DNA from: Opitutales bacterium
GTDB taxonomy: Bacteria; Verrucomicrobiota; Verrucomicrobiia; Opitutales; Oceanipulchritudinaceae
Assembly: GCA_007133065.1 (NCBI GenBank)
Contig: SLNJ01000019.1
Coordinates: 67,502-131,501, forward strand
Direction of reading: 5' to 3'
Length of the DNA stretch: 64,000 nt
The notes under the pieces were generated by a model that saw nothing but the letters and a program-made list of their open reading frames with translations, did not search any database and was not told the origin of the DNA. Both the position numbers and the translations under genes were made by a program. This document shows positions 1-8,649 of this stretch, piece after piece; positions within the stretch are counted from its first letter, which is position 1; each line of letters begins with the position of its first letter.

Positions 1-794
1 CGGTGCTGGAGCGTCAAATCTTTGCCGTCGCCGCCGTCCCAGCCCCAGCTGTGGCGATTCGGATCGAAGGAGCCCTTCAGGTAGTCAACGAGTCGCAGCC
101 CGGAGACTGTGAACTGCGCCTGCCGCGAGGCGTCGCTCGGGCCGCGCTCCGGCGACCGGCGTGCCGAGGCCACCGCGAACTCAACCGAAACCACCGACTC
201 GAGGACCGCGATGGCATCCTCAACGTCGGCGTAGTTGATGAACGCCCAGTCCAGATAGATCTCATGCGGGTTCGCCTCCCAATGGCTCAGCAGCGGAACC
301 GTGGGCACGATGTCCGCGCTCTCCCCGTTGGAGCCGATCAGGCGCACGCCCAGGCGCACTTCAGGGTGAACCTCGGCGGTGTGCACGATCAACGCCAATC
401 CGCTGTGGTTCTCCAGCATATTGACGGCTTCCGGCAGGTCGAACCGGAGCCTCTCCGACCCCATGCGCGGGTAATCGATCGGCGCGGCATTCGCCGTGAT
501 CCGGAGGCTGCCGTCTCCCGCCGGTTGCGCCTGCAGATCGCCCACGGTCGATACGTTGCCTGGTATTCCGATGGAAACGGGGTCCGCGGCCGCGCGCTTC
601 TGCTGCTCCATGGCATTGCGGGCAGCCATTTGCAGCGATTCATGTTTGACCTCCTGGATCTCTTTCCAGTCGGGTCCGTTTGCGGTGAAGCCTGGGATGG
701 GGATCGATGTCATGAGAATGCCGATGAGCGCAACAGTCCAACCGGTGCGGCGTTTGTGAGTCGAAGTGACGTGGAAGTCCGGGCGATTGCACAT
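1..794 (-). CDS. hypothetical membrane-anchored/exported protein (N-terminal part only; C-terminus lies beyond the window edge)
   Basis: Absent from the supplied track (no stop in window). My translation of the minus strand from ATG 794-792 stays open to nt 1: MCNRPDFHVTSTHKRRTGWTVALIGILMTSIPIPGFTANGPDWKEIQEVKHESLQMAARNAMEQQKRAAADP... It has a basic N-terminus followed by a hydrophobic helix and balanced composition, unlike the Arg/Ala/His-rich + strand ORF 3..809. Confidence 0.6.
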   Translation of the reverse strand, partial: MCNRPDFHVTSTHKRRTGWTVALIGILMTSIPIPGFTANGPDWKEIQEVKHESLQMAARNAMEQQKRAAADPVSIGIPGNVSTVGDLQAQPAGDGSLRITANAAPIDYPRMGSERLRFDLPEAVNMLENHSGLALIVHTAEVHPEVRLGVRLIGSNGESADIVPTVPLLSHWEANPHEIYLDWAFINYADVEDAIAVLESVVSVEFAVASARRSPERGPSDASRQAQFTVSGLRLVDYLKGSFDPNRHSWGWDGGDGKDLTLQH

Positions 795-989
795 CGTGCC
801 AGCGTGTAACTCCGAAATGCAGGTCTCAAGTACATTCGCAGACGCACGGCGAAGACGGGCTAGACCCTGAGTAGGGTTTCACGGCGGCGGGAGCACGGAT
901 CGAAGCCTTGAGGTGCACACCGTACGGAGCGAGTTCTGAGGGTGCGGCGCAACGAGCGGGCACGTTATGGATTGGCGTGTGCTTTCCTA

Positions 990-1406
990 TCACCTCTTCG
1001 ACCAGTCTTCCCATTTCAATTCTTCAATCTTTTTGAAATGGCGGACATTGAGGGTGGCGACAATGAGGTCGTGACTTACGGCGATAGCGGCGATCGCGAG
1101 GTCGAAATCGTCGATCGTCTTCCCGGTCACCGTTTGTCGGGCCTTCATTTCGCCGAATGCGGATGCTGTCTCGGTTGTGAAATCAAGCACTGTGAGACGG
1201 CCCTTGAGGATTGTTCGATAAGCCTCCCAGAGCTTGCCGGAGTTTTTGAGAAAGAGCCCATACTCCAACTCCGCGACCGCGATTGCCGGTACCGCGAGTC
1301 GGTCGTCACCGTGGCGCTGCCAGTGATCCTGGCAATTTGTGTTGGGGGCGGGGCGGATCGGCTGGCAAAAAATGGTGGTGTCGAGCAAGTAGAGCGGGGG
1401 GCGCAT
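990..1406 (-). CDS. vapC: type II toxin, PIN-domain ribonuclease (VapC family)
   Basis: 138 aa. Acidic residues sit at PIN positions (LLDTTIF..., AVAELEYG, IDDFDLAIAAIA, ATLNVRHF). 1-nt ATGA-type overlap with the upstream antitoxin ORF. Confidence 0.85.
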   Translation of the reverse strand: MRPPLYLLDTTIFCQPIRPAPNTNCQDHWQRHGDDRLAVPAIAVAELEYGLFLKNSGKLWEAYRTILKGRLTVLDFTTETASAFGEMKARQTVTGKTIDDFDLAIAAIAVSHDLIVATLNVRHFKKIEELKWEDWSKR

Positions 1407-1669
1407 CAGTCGAGAGGATTGTTTTGCTTATGTGGATGGCTCTGGCGAACGGGCAGATCGAAATCCTCATCCCAAGATCCTGTTTGCCGGATAAATCCTT
1501 CGCGTCGCGCCCAGACATCCTTGGCATCGGCGGACGACGTGCTGCTTATGGGGCGAAGCTCCGCGATCGGGTGTTCTCGATCGAGAACGACGATCGTCTC
1601 ACCGGTTTGCCGCACTCTTTTCAAGTAGCGGCTGAGGTTGTTGCGGAGGTGGCCTGTTTTGACTTTCAT
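1406..1669 (-). CDS. type II antitoxin, Phd/YefM-like, partner of VapC
   Basis: 87 aa. The N-terminus MKVKTGHLRNNLSRYLKRVRQTGETIVVLDREHPIAELRPI is typical of prevent-host-death family antitoxins. Sits immediately upstream of, and overlapping, the PIN toxin. Confidence 0.8.
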   Translation of the reverse strand: MKVKTGHLRNNLSRYLKRVRQTGETIVVLDREHPIAELRPISSTSSADAKDVWARREGFIRQTGSWDEDFDLPVRQSHPHKQNNPLD

Positions 1670-1971
1670 TTAGCCATGTTGCAGCAGGTAAATAGCCAAG
1701 TCAAGCCCGATCGAATAGCCGCGGTCGATGGCGGCGAGGCGGTCGGCGTGGATCATGGCGTGGGCGGCGTGGGCGCGATCCTGGGAATGCCTCGCAGGCA
1801 TTGCGTGCCCGCTCTCACGAGGGCAATCATAGAGGAACGCGAAGAACGATGAGGTTTTGGGACAGTTGGTCGGGCCTTTTTGACTGGTGACGGGCGACTA
1901 CGGGAAGCTGCCTCCGCCGAGGGGTTCAGTGTGTAGCGGCATTTACGAGACATCCGGCCATCGCGGGCCGC

Positions 1972-2262
1972 TCATTCGAGGCGCCGTTTTTTGGCTCGCT
2001 TGTACACCACGGAGCGATCGCGCTTGCCGAGGGCGATCACGTAGATTGTGACCGTCTTCTTCTCGACCTCGTATACGAGGCGATATCCGGAGCTGCGCAA
2101 CTTGATCTTGTAGCAATCGCTCCGACCTCGCAATCGGTCCGCAGGTACCTCCGGGTTTTCCACCCGCTCCATCAGCTTCTTCTTGAACTGATCCCGAAGG
2201 TTTGGGCTGAGTTGCCTCCATTCCCTCAGCGCGGAGGGCAGAAACTTCAATTCATAACTCAT
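1972..2262 (-). CDS. relE: type II toxin, RelE/ParE (StbE-like) family
   Basis: 96 aa. MSYELKFLPSALREWRQLSPNLRDQFKKKL...YKIKLRSSGYRLVYEV...VTIYVIALGKRDRS is the classic RelE/StbE pattern. 11-nt overlap with the antitoxin ORF. Confidence 0.85.
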   Translation of the reverse strand: MSYELKFLPSALREWRQLSPNLRDQFKKKLMERVENPEVPADRLRGRSDCYKIKLRSSGYRLVYEVEKKTVTIYVIALGKRDRSVVYKRAKKRRLE

Positions 2263-2503
2263 CTAGCGCTACGGCGATAGCCTTCGGCTTTTCGTGCCTG
2301 CGGCGCTCGATGATCTCAAGCAATTCCAGGTCCTCCAGTTTTTCCAGCATCTCCTCGTACGCCGCGGCCGGAATCAGATATGCCGTCGGTCGATTGTGGT
2401 TGAGAATCGCGACCGGCTCACCGCCCGACTCTTCCATGAGAAAATTCGGGTTCTTCTTGAGCTCGGAAATACTCGCCGTGTAAGTACATAAAATAGTATT
2501 CAT
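2252..2503 (-). CDS. type II antitoxin, StbD/RelB/Phd-YefM-like
   Basis: I use the internal ATG at 2503-2501 of track ORF 2252..2719: MNTILCTYTASISELKKNPNFLMEESGGEPVAILNHNRPTAYLIPAAAYEEMLEKLEDLELL... The upstream 72 codons of the track ORF are Arg/Ser-rich and run through an AT-rich promoter. Confidence 0.8.
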   Translation of the reverse strand: MNTILCTYTASISELKKNPNFLMEESGGEPVAILNHNRPTAYLIPAAAYEEMLEKLEDLELLEIIERRRHEKPKAIAVALDEL

Positions 2504-2506
2504 AAT

Positions 2507-2553
2507 AGATCTTAATTTAGATCTTAAAATAGCTTCCATAAGTTCGGTGTCAA
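2507..2553 (-). promoter_or_regulatory. sigma70-like promoter plus tandem operator repeats of the relE-type TA operon
   Basis: Minus strand reads TTGACA (2553-2548), a 16-nt spacer, TATTTT (2531-2526), then two copies of TTAAGATCT (plus strand AGATCTTAA at 2507-2515 and 2519-2527, 12-bp register). Each copy contains the AGATCT palindrome. The last copy ends 4 nt before the antitoxin ATG. Confidence 0.6.
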
Positions 2554-2696
2554 GTTGGAATGCATGGGTAGCCCGCAGCGGCGAGCGCGTTGAGCTGTGG
2601 CATCGTCGTCTCGAACTTGTGTTTGACCTCCTCTGAGGAGGGGAGCAGATTCGCAGGCTCAGGCGGGAATGGCGCGCGGATAAGCCAAAGTAGCAC

Positions 2697-2730
2697 ACGC
2701 TTCCAGCGTGTCGTGTCACGCTGGAAGCGT
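2697..2730. repeat. perfect 14-bp inverted repeat with 6-nt loop (function unknown)
   Basis: ACGCTTCCAGCGTG (2697-2710), TCGTGT, CACGCTGGAAGCGT (2717-2730). No T-tract on either side. Lies in the non-coding gap between the TA island and the oxidoreductase gene. Confidence 0.9.
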
Positions 2731-3139
2731 AACCTACATTGAGGTTCAGGCGGATTGCAGATTGTCGATAACATGGAGGCAGTGACGATGTTTAATGAGT
2801 TCTCAAAATTGATCTTTGAGCACGACGAACTGCTCAGATTTCAGTTTGAAAAGACGCTGCCTCTGTCGACACATCCGGTACCGGAGGTGTTTCGTGCGCC
2901 GGGGTCGCTCTCCAATCCGGCGGAGTCGGAGCAAGAGTCGGAGAGGGGTTGAATGGGGGCTATTTCATCTGGGCGTTGGTATGCCCTCGGTGGGGGAGCC
3001 GCCCTGTTGGAGCCTTCAGGTCGCTCGAGGCGCCGATACGCCCCGCACGCTGAAGCGTGAACCAACCGAAACGCCCAGATGCATCAGCCCCGTGGTACCG
3101 GACTTGTCATCCGTGCCGAATTCACCCACCGTGGCGCGA

Positions 3140-4075
3140 ATGACCAATCAACCGCTTCGTTGCGGCGTGGCCGGGGTCGGATACCTGGGCCGGCACCACG
3201 CTCGTATCCACTCTGAACTGCCCGGTGTCGAACTGGTCGGCGTATACGATGCCGATCGCGATCGAGCGGTCGAAGTGGCGGAGGCGTACGGGTGCCGCGT
3301 GTTTGGGTCGGAGTCGGAACTCGCGGAGGCCTGTGAGGCGGTGAGCGTGGTGGTGCCGACGGACCGGCACTGCGCGGTCGCTCTGCCGCTCCTGCGAAGC
3401 GGGTGCCACCTGCTGATCGAGAAGCCGTTGTGCGTCTCGCTCTCGGAGGCCGAGCAGATTCTGGCCGCGGCGGAGGAGTCGGGAGTGGTGGTCCAGGTGG
3501 GGCACATCGAGCACTTCAACCCGGTGATGGCGTACCTGGAGGATGTGGTGCGCGACCCGCGCTACATCACGGCGGACCGGTTGGCGCCGTTCAACGTGCG
3601 GGGGACGGAGGTGGGGGTGGTGCTCGATCTGATGATCCACGATATCGGGATCATTCTCCAGCTCGTTAAATCCGAGGTGGTACGGGTCGACAGCATCGGC
3701 GTGAACGTCCTGTCCCCGACCGAGGACATTGCGAACACGCGGATCGTGTTCGAGAATGGTTGTGTTGCGAACATCAATGCGAGCCGGGTCAGCCAGAAGA
3801 AGGTGCGGGAGATCCGGGTGTTTCAACCGAATGCCTATCTGAGCCTCGATTTCATGAACCAGGGGGGGCATCTTCTGCGCAAGAACGGGCTGAGTCTCGA
3901 CCGTGAGGAGATCCCGATCGAGAAGGGGGAGCCGCTGATGCTCGAATTGGCGTCGTTCACCGAGACCGTGCGTCGCCGCGGCGATCCGAAAGTCGACGCC
4001 ACGCTCGGCAAGTCCGCACTCGCCCTGGCAATCCGGGTAACCGAGCAGGTAAAAGAGAGTGCGACGACCGCATGA
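3140..4075 (+). CDS. Gfo/Idh/MocA-family NAD(P)-dependent oxidoreductase (possible UDP-sugar 3-dehydrogenase, GnnA-like)
   Basis: Internal ATG 3140 of track ORF 2816..4075. N-terminal Rossmann motif (RCGVAGVGYLGRHHARI), LLIEKPL motif, C-terminal alpha/beta domain. Adjacent to lpxB. Confidence 0.8.
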   Translation: MTNQPLRCGVAGVGYLGRHHARIHSELPGVELVGVYDADRDRAVEVAEAYGCRVFGSESELAEACEAVSVVVPTDRHCAVALPLLRSGCHLLIEKPLCVSLSEAEQILAAAEESGVVVQVGHIEHFNPVMAYLEDVVRDPRYITADRLAPFNVRGTEVGVVLDLMIHDIGIILQLVKSEVVRVDSIGVNVLSPTEDIANTRIVFENGCVANINASRVSQKKVREIRVFQPNAYLSLDFMNQGGHLLRKNGLSLDREEIPIEKGEPLMLELASFTETVRRRGDPKVDATLGKSALALAIRVTEQVKESATTA

Positions 4076-4139
4076 CGACCGGAAATTCCAGCGACGGGAA
4101 TCTGCCGCCTGGTATTGCCGGCCGGAACCCGACACGGTC

Positions 4140-5339
4140 ATGAAGACACCGGCTACAGGGGAACCGGAAGACGCGCGGCCGGGGTTGCCACCGTGGGGGG
4201 GCGGACGTCCGGATCTGCTCATCATCGCCGGCGAGCACTCCGGAGATCAGCACGCCGCCCGGCTGGTGCGGGGGTTGCTCGAACGACAGCCGGAGCTGCG
4301 GGTCGCTGCGCTGGGCGGCCCCGAGCTGGACCGCGCCGGCGCCCGGTTGCTGTACGACCTGACCGCCTCGTCGGTGGTCGGGCTCGCCGAGGTCGTGCGG
4401 CACTACCGGTTCTTCCGAACCCTCTTCGATCGGACCGTGGAATGGATCCGCGTTCACCGGCCGCGGGCGGTCTGCATGGTCGACTATCCCGGGTTCAACC
4501 TGCGGCTGGCTCGGCGGCTCCGCGATGCGGGGATCTCGCGCAAGGGCGGAGGGGCGGTGGCCGTGCACTACTATATCGGTCCGCAGATCTGGGCGTGGAA
4601 GGCCGGCCGACGATTCGAGATGGCGGAGACCCTCGATTCGCTTGGAGTGATTTTTCCGTTTGAAGTGGCGTGTTACCGCGACACCGCGCTGGATGTCGCG
4701 TTCGTCGGGCATCCGTTTGTCGAGCCGGACTACCAGCTTCCGGTCCGCCCGGACGCGCATGGACCGGCGCTGCTGCTTCCCGGGAGCCGTCGCCAGGCTG
4801 TGTCGCGCATTTTTCCGCCGATGGGATCGGCTTGGGAGCGCTGCCGCGTCGCCCTCGGAACAGACCGGCCGGCCCTCGTTCTCCACCCGGATCCTGAGAT
4901 CCGCGGGCTCCTCGAAACCCTCATCGCCTCCGGCGGGCTTGATCGTTCCGCGTTTGCTCTGGCGGCGGCGCATGGAGAAGCGTCGCATCCGGGAAGCGCA
5001 GTTCTGACCAGCTCCGGGACGATGTCGCTGGTCTGCGCGCTGGCGGGTATCCCCGGCGCTATTGTGTACCGGGCCCACCCGCTCACCTACACGATCGGCA
5101 GGATGGTGGTTCGTGTCCCATACCTCGGGATCGCCAACCTGCTGCTCCCGGAATTCCCAATCTACCCCGAATTCATCCAGGGTGCGGCCCGGCCGGACCG
5201 GCTGGCCGACGAATTGCGGGAGGCGATGGGCGACCGCGGCCGGCGGGACCGCGCCCGCGAAGGAGCCGCCCGCCTGCACGCCCGTCTCGGCACCCGCGAC
5301 CGCGATGCTCCGGGCTGGTTGCTGGAGCGGATGGGGTAG
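4140..5339 (+). CDS. lpxB: lipid-A-disaccharide synthase (GT19)
   Basis: LLIIAGEHSGDQHAARLV, DYPGFNLRLA, YYIGPQIWAWKAGR, GVIFPFE, VGHPFV. The start could instead be GTG 4059, which would overlap the upstream gene by 17 nt. Confidence 0.85.
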   Translation: MKTPATGEPEDARPGLPPWGGGRPDLLIIAGEHSGDQHAARLVRGLLERQPELRVAALGGPELDRAGARLLYDLTASSVVGLAEVVRHYRFFRTLFDRTVEWIRVHRPRAVCMVDYPGFNLRLARRLRDAGISRKGGGAVAVHYYIGPQIWAWKAGRRFEMAETLDSLGVIFPFEVACYRDTALDVAFVGHPFVEPDYQLPVRPDAHGPALLLPGSRRQAVSRIFPPMGSAWERCRVALGTDRPALVLHPDPEIRGLLETLIASGGLDRSAFALAAAHGEASHPGSAVLTSSGTMSLVCALAGIPGAIVYRAHPLTYTIGRMVVRVPYLGIANLLLPEFPIYPEFIQGAARPDRLADELREAMGDRGRRDRAREGAARLHARLGTRDRDAPGWLLERMG

Positions 5340-5492
5340 GCGGATCCGGTATGCCGGTGTGATTTTCGTGATTGCGCCGGGTGCGGAGAGGATGCAAGGT
5401 GTGGATATACGCTTGCTTGCGGGAACAAAGCCTCTGTTTTTTGAGACTGCATCGTTTTCGGCGCCCGCTTTCTTTTATTCCACAAACAACCT

Positions 5493-6911
5493 ATGGCCAA
5501 GAGTCTCTTTGAAAAGGTTTGGGACGCGCACGCGGTGCGCGAGCTCCCGAACGGGCAGACGCAGCTGTTGATCGGAACGCACCTCATTCACGAGGTGACG
5601 AGCCCGCAGGCCTTCGGCATGCTTCGGGAGCTGAGGCTTCCGGTCCGGTTCCCCCACCGCACATTCGCGACGGTCGACCACATCGTGCCGACCAATGAGT
5701 CGTCCGAGCCGTATTCGGATGCGCTGGCGGACGCGATGATCAAGGAGTTGCGCAGAAATTGCGAGGAGTACGGGGTCACCTTTTTTGACACGAAAACGGG
5801 TCGCCAGGGAATCGTGCATGTCGTGGGGCCGGAGCAGGGGATCACCCAGCCCGGCACAACAATCGCCTGCGGGGACTCGCACACCTCCACCCACGGGGCG
5901 TTCGGGGCGATCGCGCTCGGCATCGGCACGAGCCAGGTCCGGGATGTTCTCGCGACACAGACCATGGCCTTGAACAAGCTCAAGGTGCGCCGGATCAACG
6001 TGGACGGGGAGCTCAACCCCGGCGTGTACGCCAAGGATGTGATTCTCTATATTATCCGGAAGCTCGGCGTGAACGGCGGCACCGGTTACGCCTATGAGTA
6101 CGGCGGCGAGGTCTTCGATCGTTTCAGCATGGAAGAGCGGATGACCGTGTGTAACATGTCGATCGAGGGCGGCGCACGGGTCGGGTATGTGAACCCTGAC
6201 GAGACGACGTTCGAATATTTGAAGGGGCGGCGGTATTGTCCGCGCGGCGCGGAGTGGGAGGCCGCCGTGGAGCGCTGGCGAAGCTTTGCCAGCGATCCCG
6301 ACTGCCGGTACGACGATGTGGTGAACATCCGCGCGGAAGAGATCGCTCCAACCGTAACCTGGGGGATCAATCCCGGACAGGCGATCTTTATCGATCAAAA
6401 CGTTCCGCGACCGGACGATGTCTCGGAGAACGAGCGGGAGGGGGTGATCGAGGCGCTGGAGCACATGCAGTTCGCCGGAGGCGACCCGATCAAGGGAAAG
6501 AAGATCGATGTCGCCTTTCTCGGTTCGTGTACCAACGCCCGGTTGAGCGATCTGCAGGAGGTTGCGCGCTATATCGAGGGACGCAAGGTCGCGCCGCATG
6601 TGAAGGCGATCGTGGTTCCCGGCTCGCAGGTTGTGAGCCAGATCGCGGTCGAACTCGGGTTGGACCGGATTTTTAAGGAGGCCGGGTTTGAGTGGCGCGG
6701 CGCGGGATGCTCGATGTGTCTTGCCATGAACCCCGACAAACTGATCGGCGATCAGCTCTGTGCGAGTTCGAGCAACCGCAATTTCAAGGGGCGCCAGGGG
6801 AGTCCGACCGGACGCACGATCCTCATGAGCCCGGTCATGGTCGCTGCCGCGGCAATCACAGGAGAAATCAGCGACGCCCGGGAGGTCTTCCTCGATCCCG
6901 TTGCGGCTTGA
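5493..6911 (+). CDS. leuC: 3-isopropylmalate dehydratase large subunit
   Basis: 472 aa. Aconitase-family motifs: [56 protein letters not shown]. Confidence 0.95.
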   Translation: MAKSLFEKVWDAHAVRELPNGQTQLLIGTHLIHEVTSPQAFGMLRELRLPVRFPHRTFATVDHIVPTNESSEPYSDALADAMIKELRRNCEEYGVTFFDTKTGRQGIVHVVGPEQGITQPGTTIACGDSHTSTHGAFGAIALGIGTSQVRDVLATQTMALNKLKVRRINVDGELNPGVYAKDVILYIIRKLGVNGGTGYAYEYGGEVFDRFSMEERMTVCNMSIEGGARVGYVNPDETTFEYLKGRRYCPRGAEWEAAVERWRSFASDPDCRYDDVVNIRAEEIAPTVTWGINPGQAIFIDQNVPRPDDVSENEREGVIEALEHMQFAGGDPIKGKKIDVAFLGSCTNARLSDLQEVARYIEGRKVAPHVKAIVVPGSQVVSQIAVELGLDRIFKEAGFEWRGAGCSMCLAMNPDKLIGDQLCASSSNRNFKGRQGSPTGRTILMSPVMVAAAAITGEISDAREVFLDPVAA

Positions 6912-6947
6912 ACCGGGGAACGATTTGCTAACAGGAGAGCATTCACC

Positions 6948-7556
6948 ATGGCACTGGAACCTATCACGGAGATCATCGGACGCGGCGTGCCCGTGCCTGG
7001 CGACGATATCGACACCGACCGAATCATCCCGGCGCGCTACATGAAGTGCGTCACCTTTGACGGGCTGGGGGAGTATCTCTTCTACGATGTGCGCAAGAAC
7101 GAGGATGGGACGGAAAAACAGCATCCGCTCAACGATCCGCGCTTCAAGCAGGCGACGATCCTGGTCTGCGGGAGCAATTTCGGATGCGGGAGTTCCCGCG
7201 AGCATGCCCCGCAAGCGATCTATCACGCCGGGTACCGGGCTGTCATCGCGGAGGGGTTTGCGGAGATTTTCTTTGGGAACGCCACGCAGCTGGGGATGCC
7301 GTGCGTTGCCGTTCCCCGCGCATTGCGCCGCCGGCTCGTAGAACGCATCGAATCCGAGCCTGAGATGGAGATCGCGATCGACGTGGCCGGCCTGAAGCTG
7401 CGGTTCGGCGGCGAGGAGCATGATTGCGAGATGCGGCCGGGAGCGCAAAGCAGCCTGGTGGCGGGTCACTGGGATCCGATTGCCGACCTGCTCGAGGGGG
7501 CGAATGCGGTCGACGCTGTGGCTGAACGACTCCCCTACATGAGCTCGAACCGATAA
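6948..7556 (+). CDS. leuD: 3-isopropylmalate dehydratase small subunit
   Basis: 202 aa. DIDTDRIIPARY, GSNFGCGSSREHAPQA. SD-like AGGAGA upstream. Follows leuC. Confidence 0.95.
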   Translation: MALEPITEIIGRGVPVPGDDIDTDRIIPARYMKCVTFDGLGEYLFYDVRKNEDGTEKQHPLNDPRFKQATILVCGSNFGCGSSREHAPQAIYHAGYRAVIAEGFAEIFFGNATQLGMPCVAVPRALRRRLVERIESEPEMEIAIDVAGLKLRFGGEEHDCEMRPGAQSSLVAGHWDPIADLLEGANAVDAVAERLPYMSSNR

Positions 7557-7615
7557 CGCATTTCGCGCGGACGATATGATCATTCCCCTGGCTTCCACAC
7601 CGATTCCCCCGTTGT

Positions 7616-8200
7616 ATGATTGATCTGATCGAGGGCGCTGGAATCTTCGCATGGCCGCTCGGACTCTGTTCGGTGCTCGCCGTGTTCATCATCTTCGAAC
7701 GCATGATCGCGCTGCGCGACGGGAAGACGATCCCCCGCGAACTCGAGGCCTCGTTCGTGCGCGGTCAGATGCCCGAATCGATGGTTCCCGAAAGCGTGGC
7801 CGGTCGGATTCTGCAATTCTTCCAATCGCGCAATCCCGATCCCGAGCAGCTCAAGGCGTATGCGCGGCTCCAGATTATCCGCATGGAGCGTGGGATCTTC
7901 CTTCTCGACACGGTGGTCAGCGCCGCCCCGTTGCTGGGGCTGCTGGGAACCGTCACCGGACTCGTGAAGGTGTTTTCGCGGATTTCTCCCGAGAGCGGCA
8001 TGCCGGAGCCGGCTGCATTTGTCCAAGGGGTGGCGATGGCGTTGACCACGACGATGCTGGGCCTGGCGATTGCGATTCCAGCACTCGTTTTCAGCAACTA
8101 CCTGAACCGGCGCATCGACACCGTGGCCGCAAAGATCAACGTCGCCGTCGAGCGGCTGCTGGCCGGTCGACGCCAGGAAACGGCCGCCCAACAGCCGTGA
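7616..8200 (+). CDS. exbB: MotA/TolQ/ExbB proton-channel family protein
   Basis: 194 aa, 3 TM. APLLGLLGTVTGLVKVF and AMALTTTMLGLAIAIPALVFSNYL signatures. Confidence 0.85.
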   Translation: MIDLIEGAGIFAWPLGLCSVLAVFIIFERMIALRDGKTIPRELEASFVRGQMPESMVPESVAGRILQFFQSRNPDPEQLKAYARLQIIRMERGIFLLDTVVSAAPLLGLLGTVTGLVKVFSRISPESGMPEPAAFVQGVAMALTTTMLGLAIAIPALVFSNYLNRRIDTVAAKINVAVERLLAGRRQETAAQQP

Positions 8201-8595
8201 GCGTGGTTCCCGAACGGCGGCGCCGGCGCGCCGAGATTAACATCGTCCCGCTCGTGGACGTGCTTGTCACGCTGATCTTTTTCTTTCTCGTCTCGATGCA
8301 GTTTCGCGACCTGCACGCTCTGAACATCACCTTTCCGAAGATCGAGACCGCCGGTGAGAACATTTTCATGGACCAGATCGAGGTGGCGGTGAGCGCGGAG
8401 GGTGAGTTCTACTTCAACGGCGTTCGCATGGACCGCGACGAGCTGCGCCGCTCGCTTGAGACGGCGGCTGAATTCGCCGGCGAGACCCCGGTGCTCGTGA
8501 TGGCCGACGAGGAGAGCCGGCTGCGCGATGTCACGATGGTGATGGATTTCTGCCGCAAGGTGGGACTCGAGCGGATTCGCTTGCAGTCGCGGTGA
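8197..8595 (+). CDS. exbD: biopolymer transport protein ExbD/TolR
   Basis: GTG 8197 overlaps the exbB stop (GTGA). RRRAEINIVPLVDVLVTLIFFFLV gives a TM helix with a conserved Asp. The C-terminal region (VLVMADEESRLRDVTMVMDFCRKVGLERIRL) is ExbD-like. Confidence 0.8.
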   Translation: MSVVPERRRRRAEINIVPLVDVLVTLIFFFLVSMQFRDLHALNITFPKIETAGENIFMDQIEVAVSAEGEFYFNGVRMDRDELRRSLETAAEFAGETPVLVMADEESRLRDVTMVMDFCRKVGLERIRLQSR

Positions 8596-8649
8596 GCGAC
8601 GGTTTTTCTTCTCGCCAACACCGGTTCCAGGCTCTATTCCGGAGGCGTT

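Noticed and set aside
3-809. 268-aa + strand ORF at the left edge
   Set aside because: Arg/Ala/His/Val-rich, low-complexity translation typical of an off-frame read of GC-rich DNA. The opposite strand encodes a plausible membrane-anchored protein (see feature 1..794).
2755-2952. 65-aa + strand ORF (MQIVDNMEAVTMFNEFSKLIFEHDELLRFQFEKT...) in the spacer next to the TA islet
   Set aside because: The composition of the first half is protein-like and AT-richer. However, there is no recognisable family, no clear RBS, and it overlaps competing ORFs. I left it uncalled; it could be rechecked with RNA-seq or Ribo-seq.
5340-5492. Possible leucine attenuator upstream of leuC (alternative GCAAG/CTTGC and GCTTG/CAAAGC stems plus a TGTTTTTT tract)
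   Set aside because: The stems are only 5-6 bp and I found no leader peptide with a run of Leu codons. The evidence is insufficient.
5475-7652. 725-aa minus-strand ORF
   Set aside because: Antisense shadow of leuC and leuD, whose identities are unambiguous. Its composition is Arg/Leu/Pro/His-rich with no motifs.
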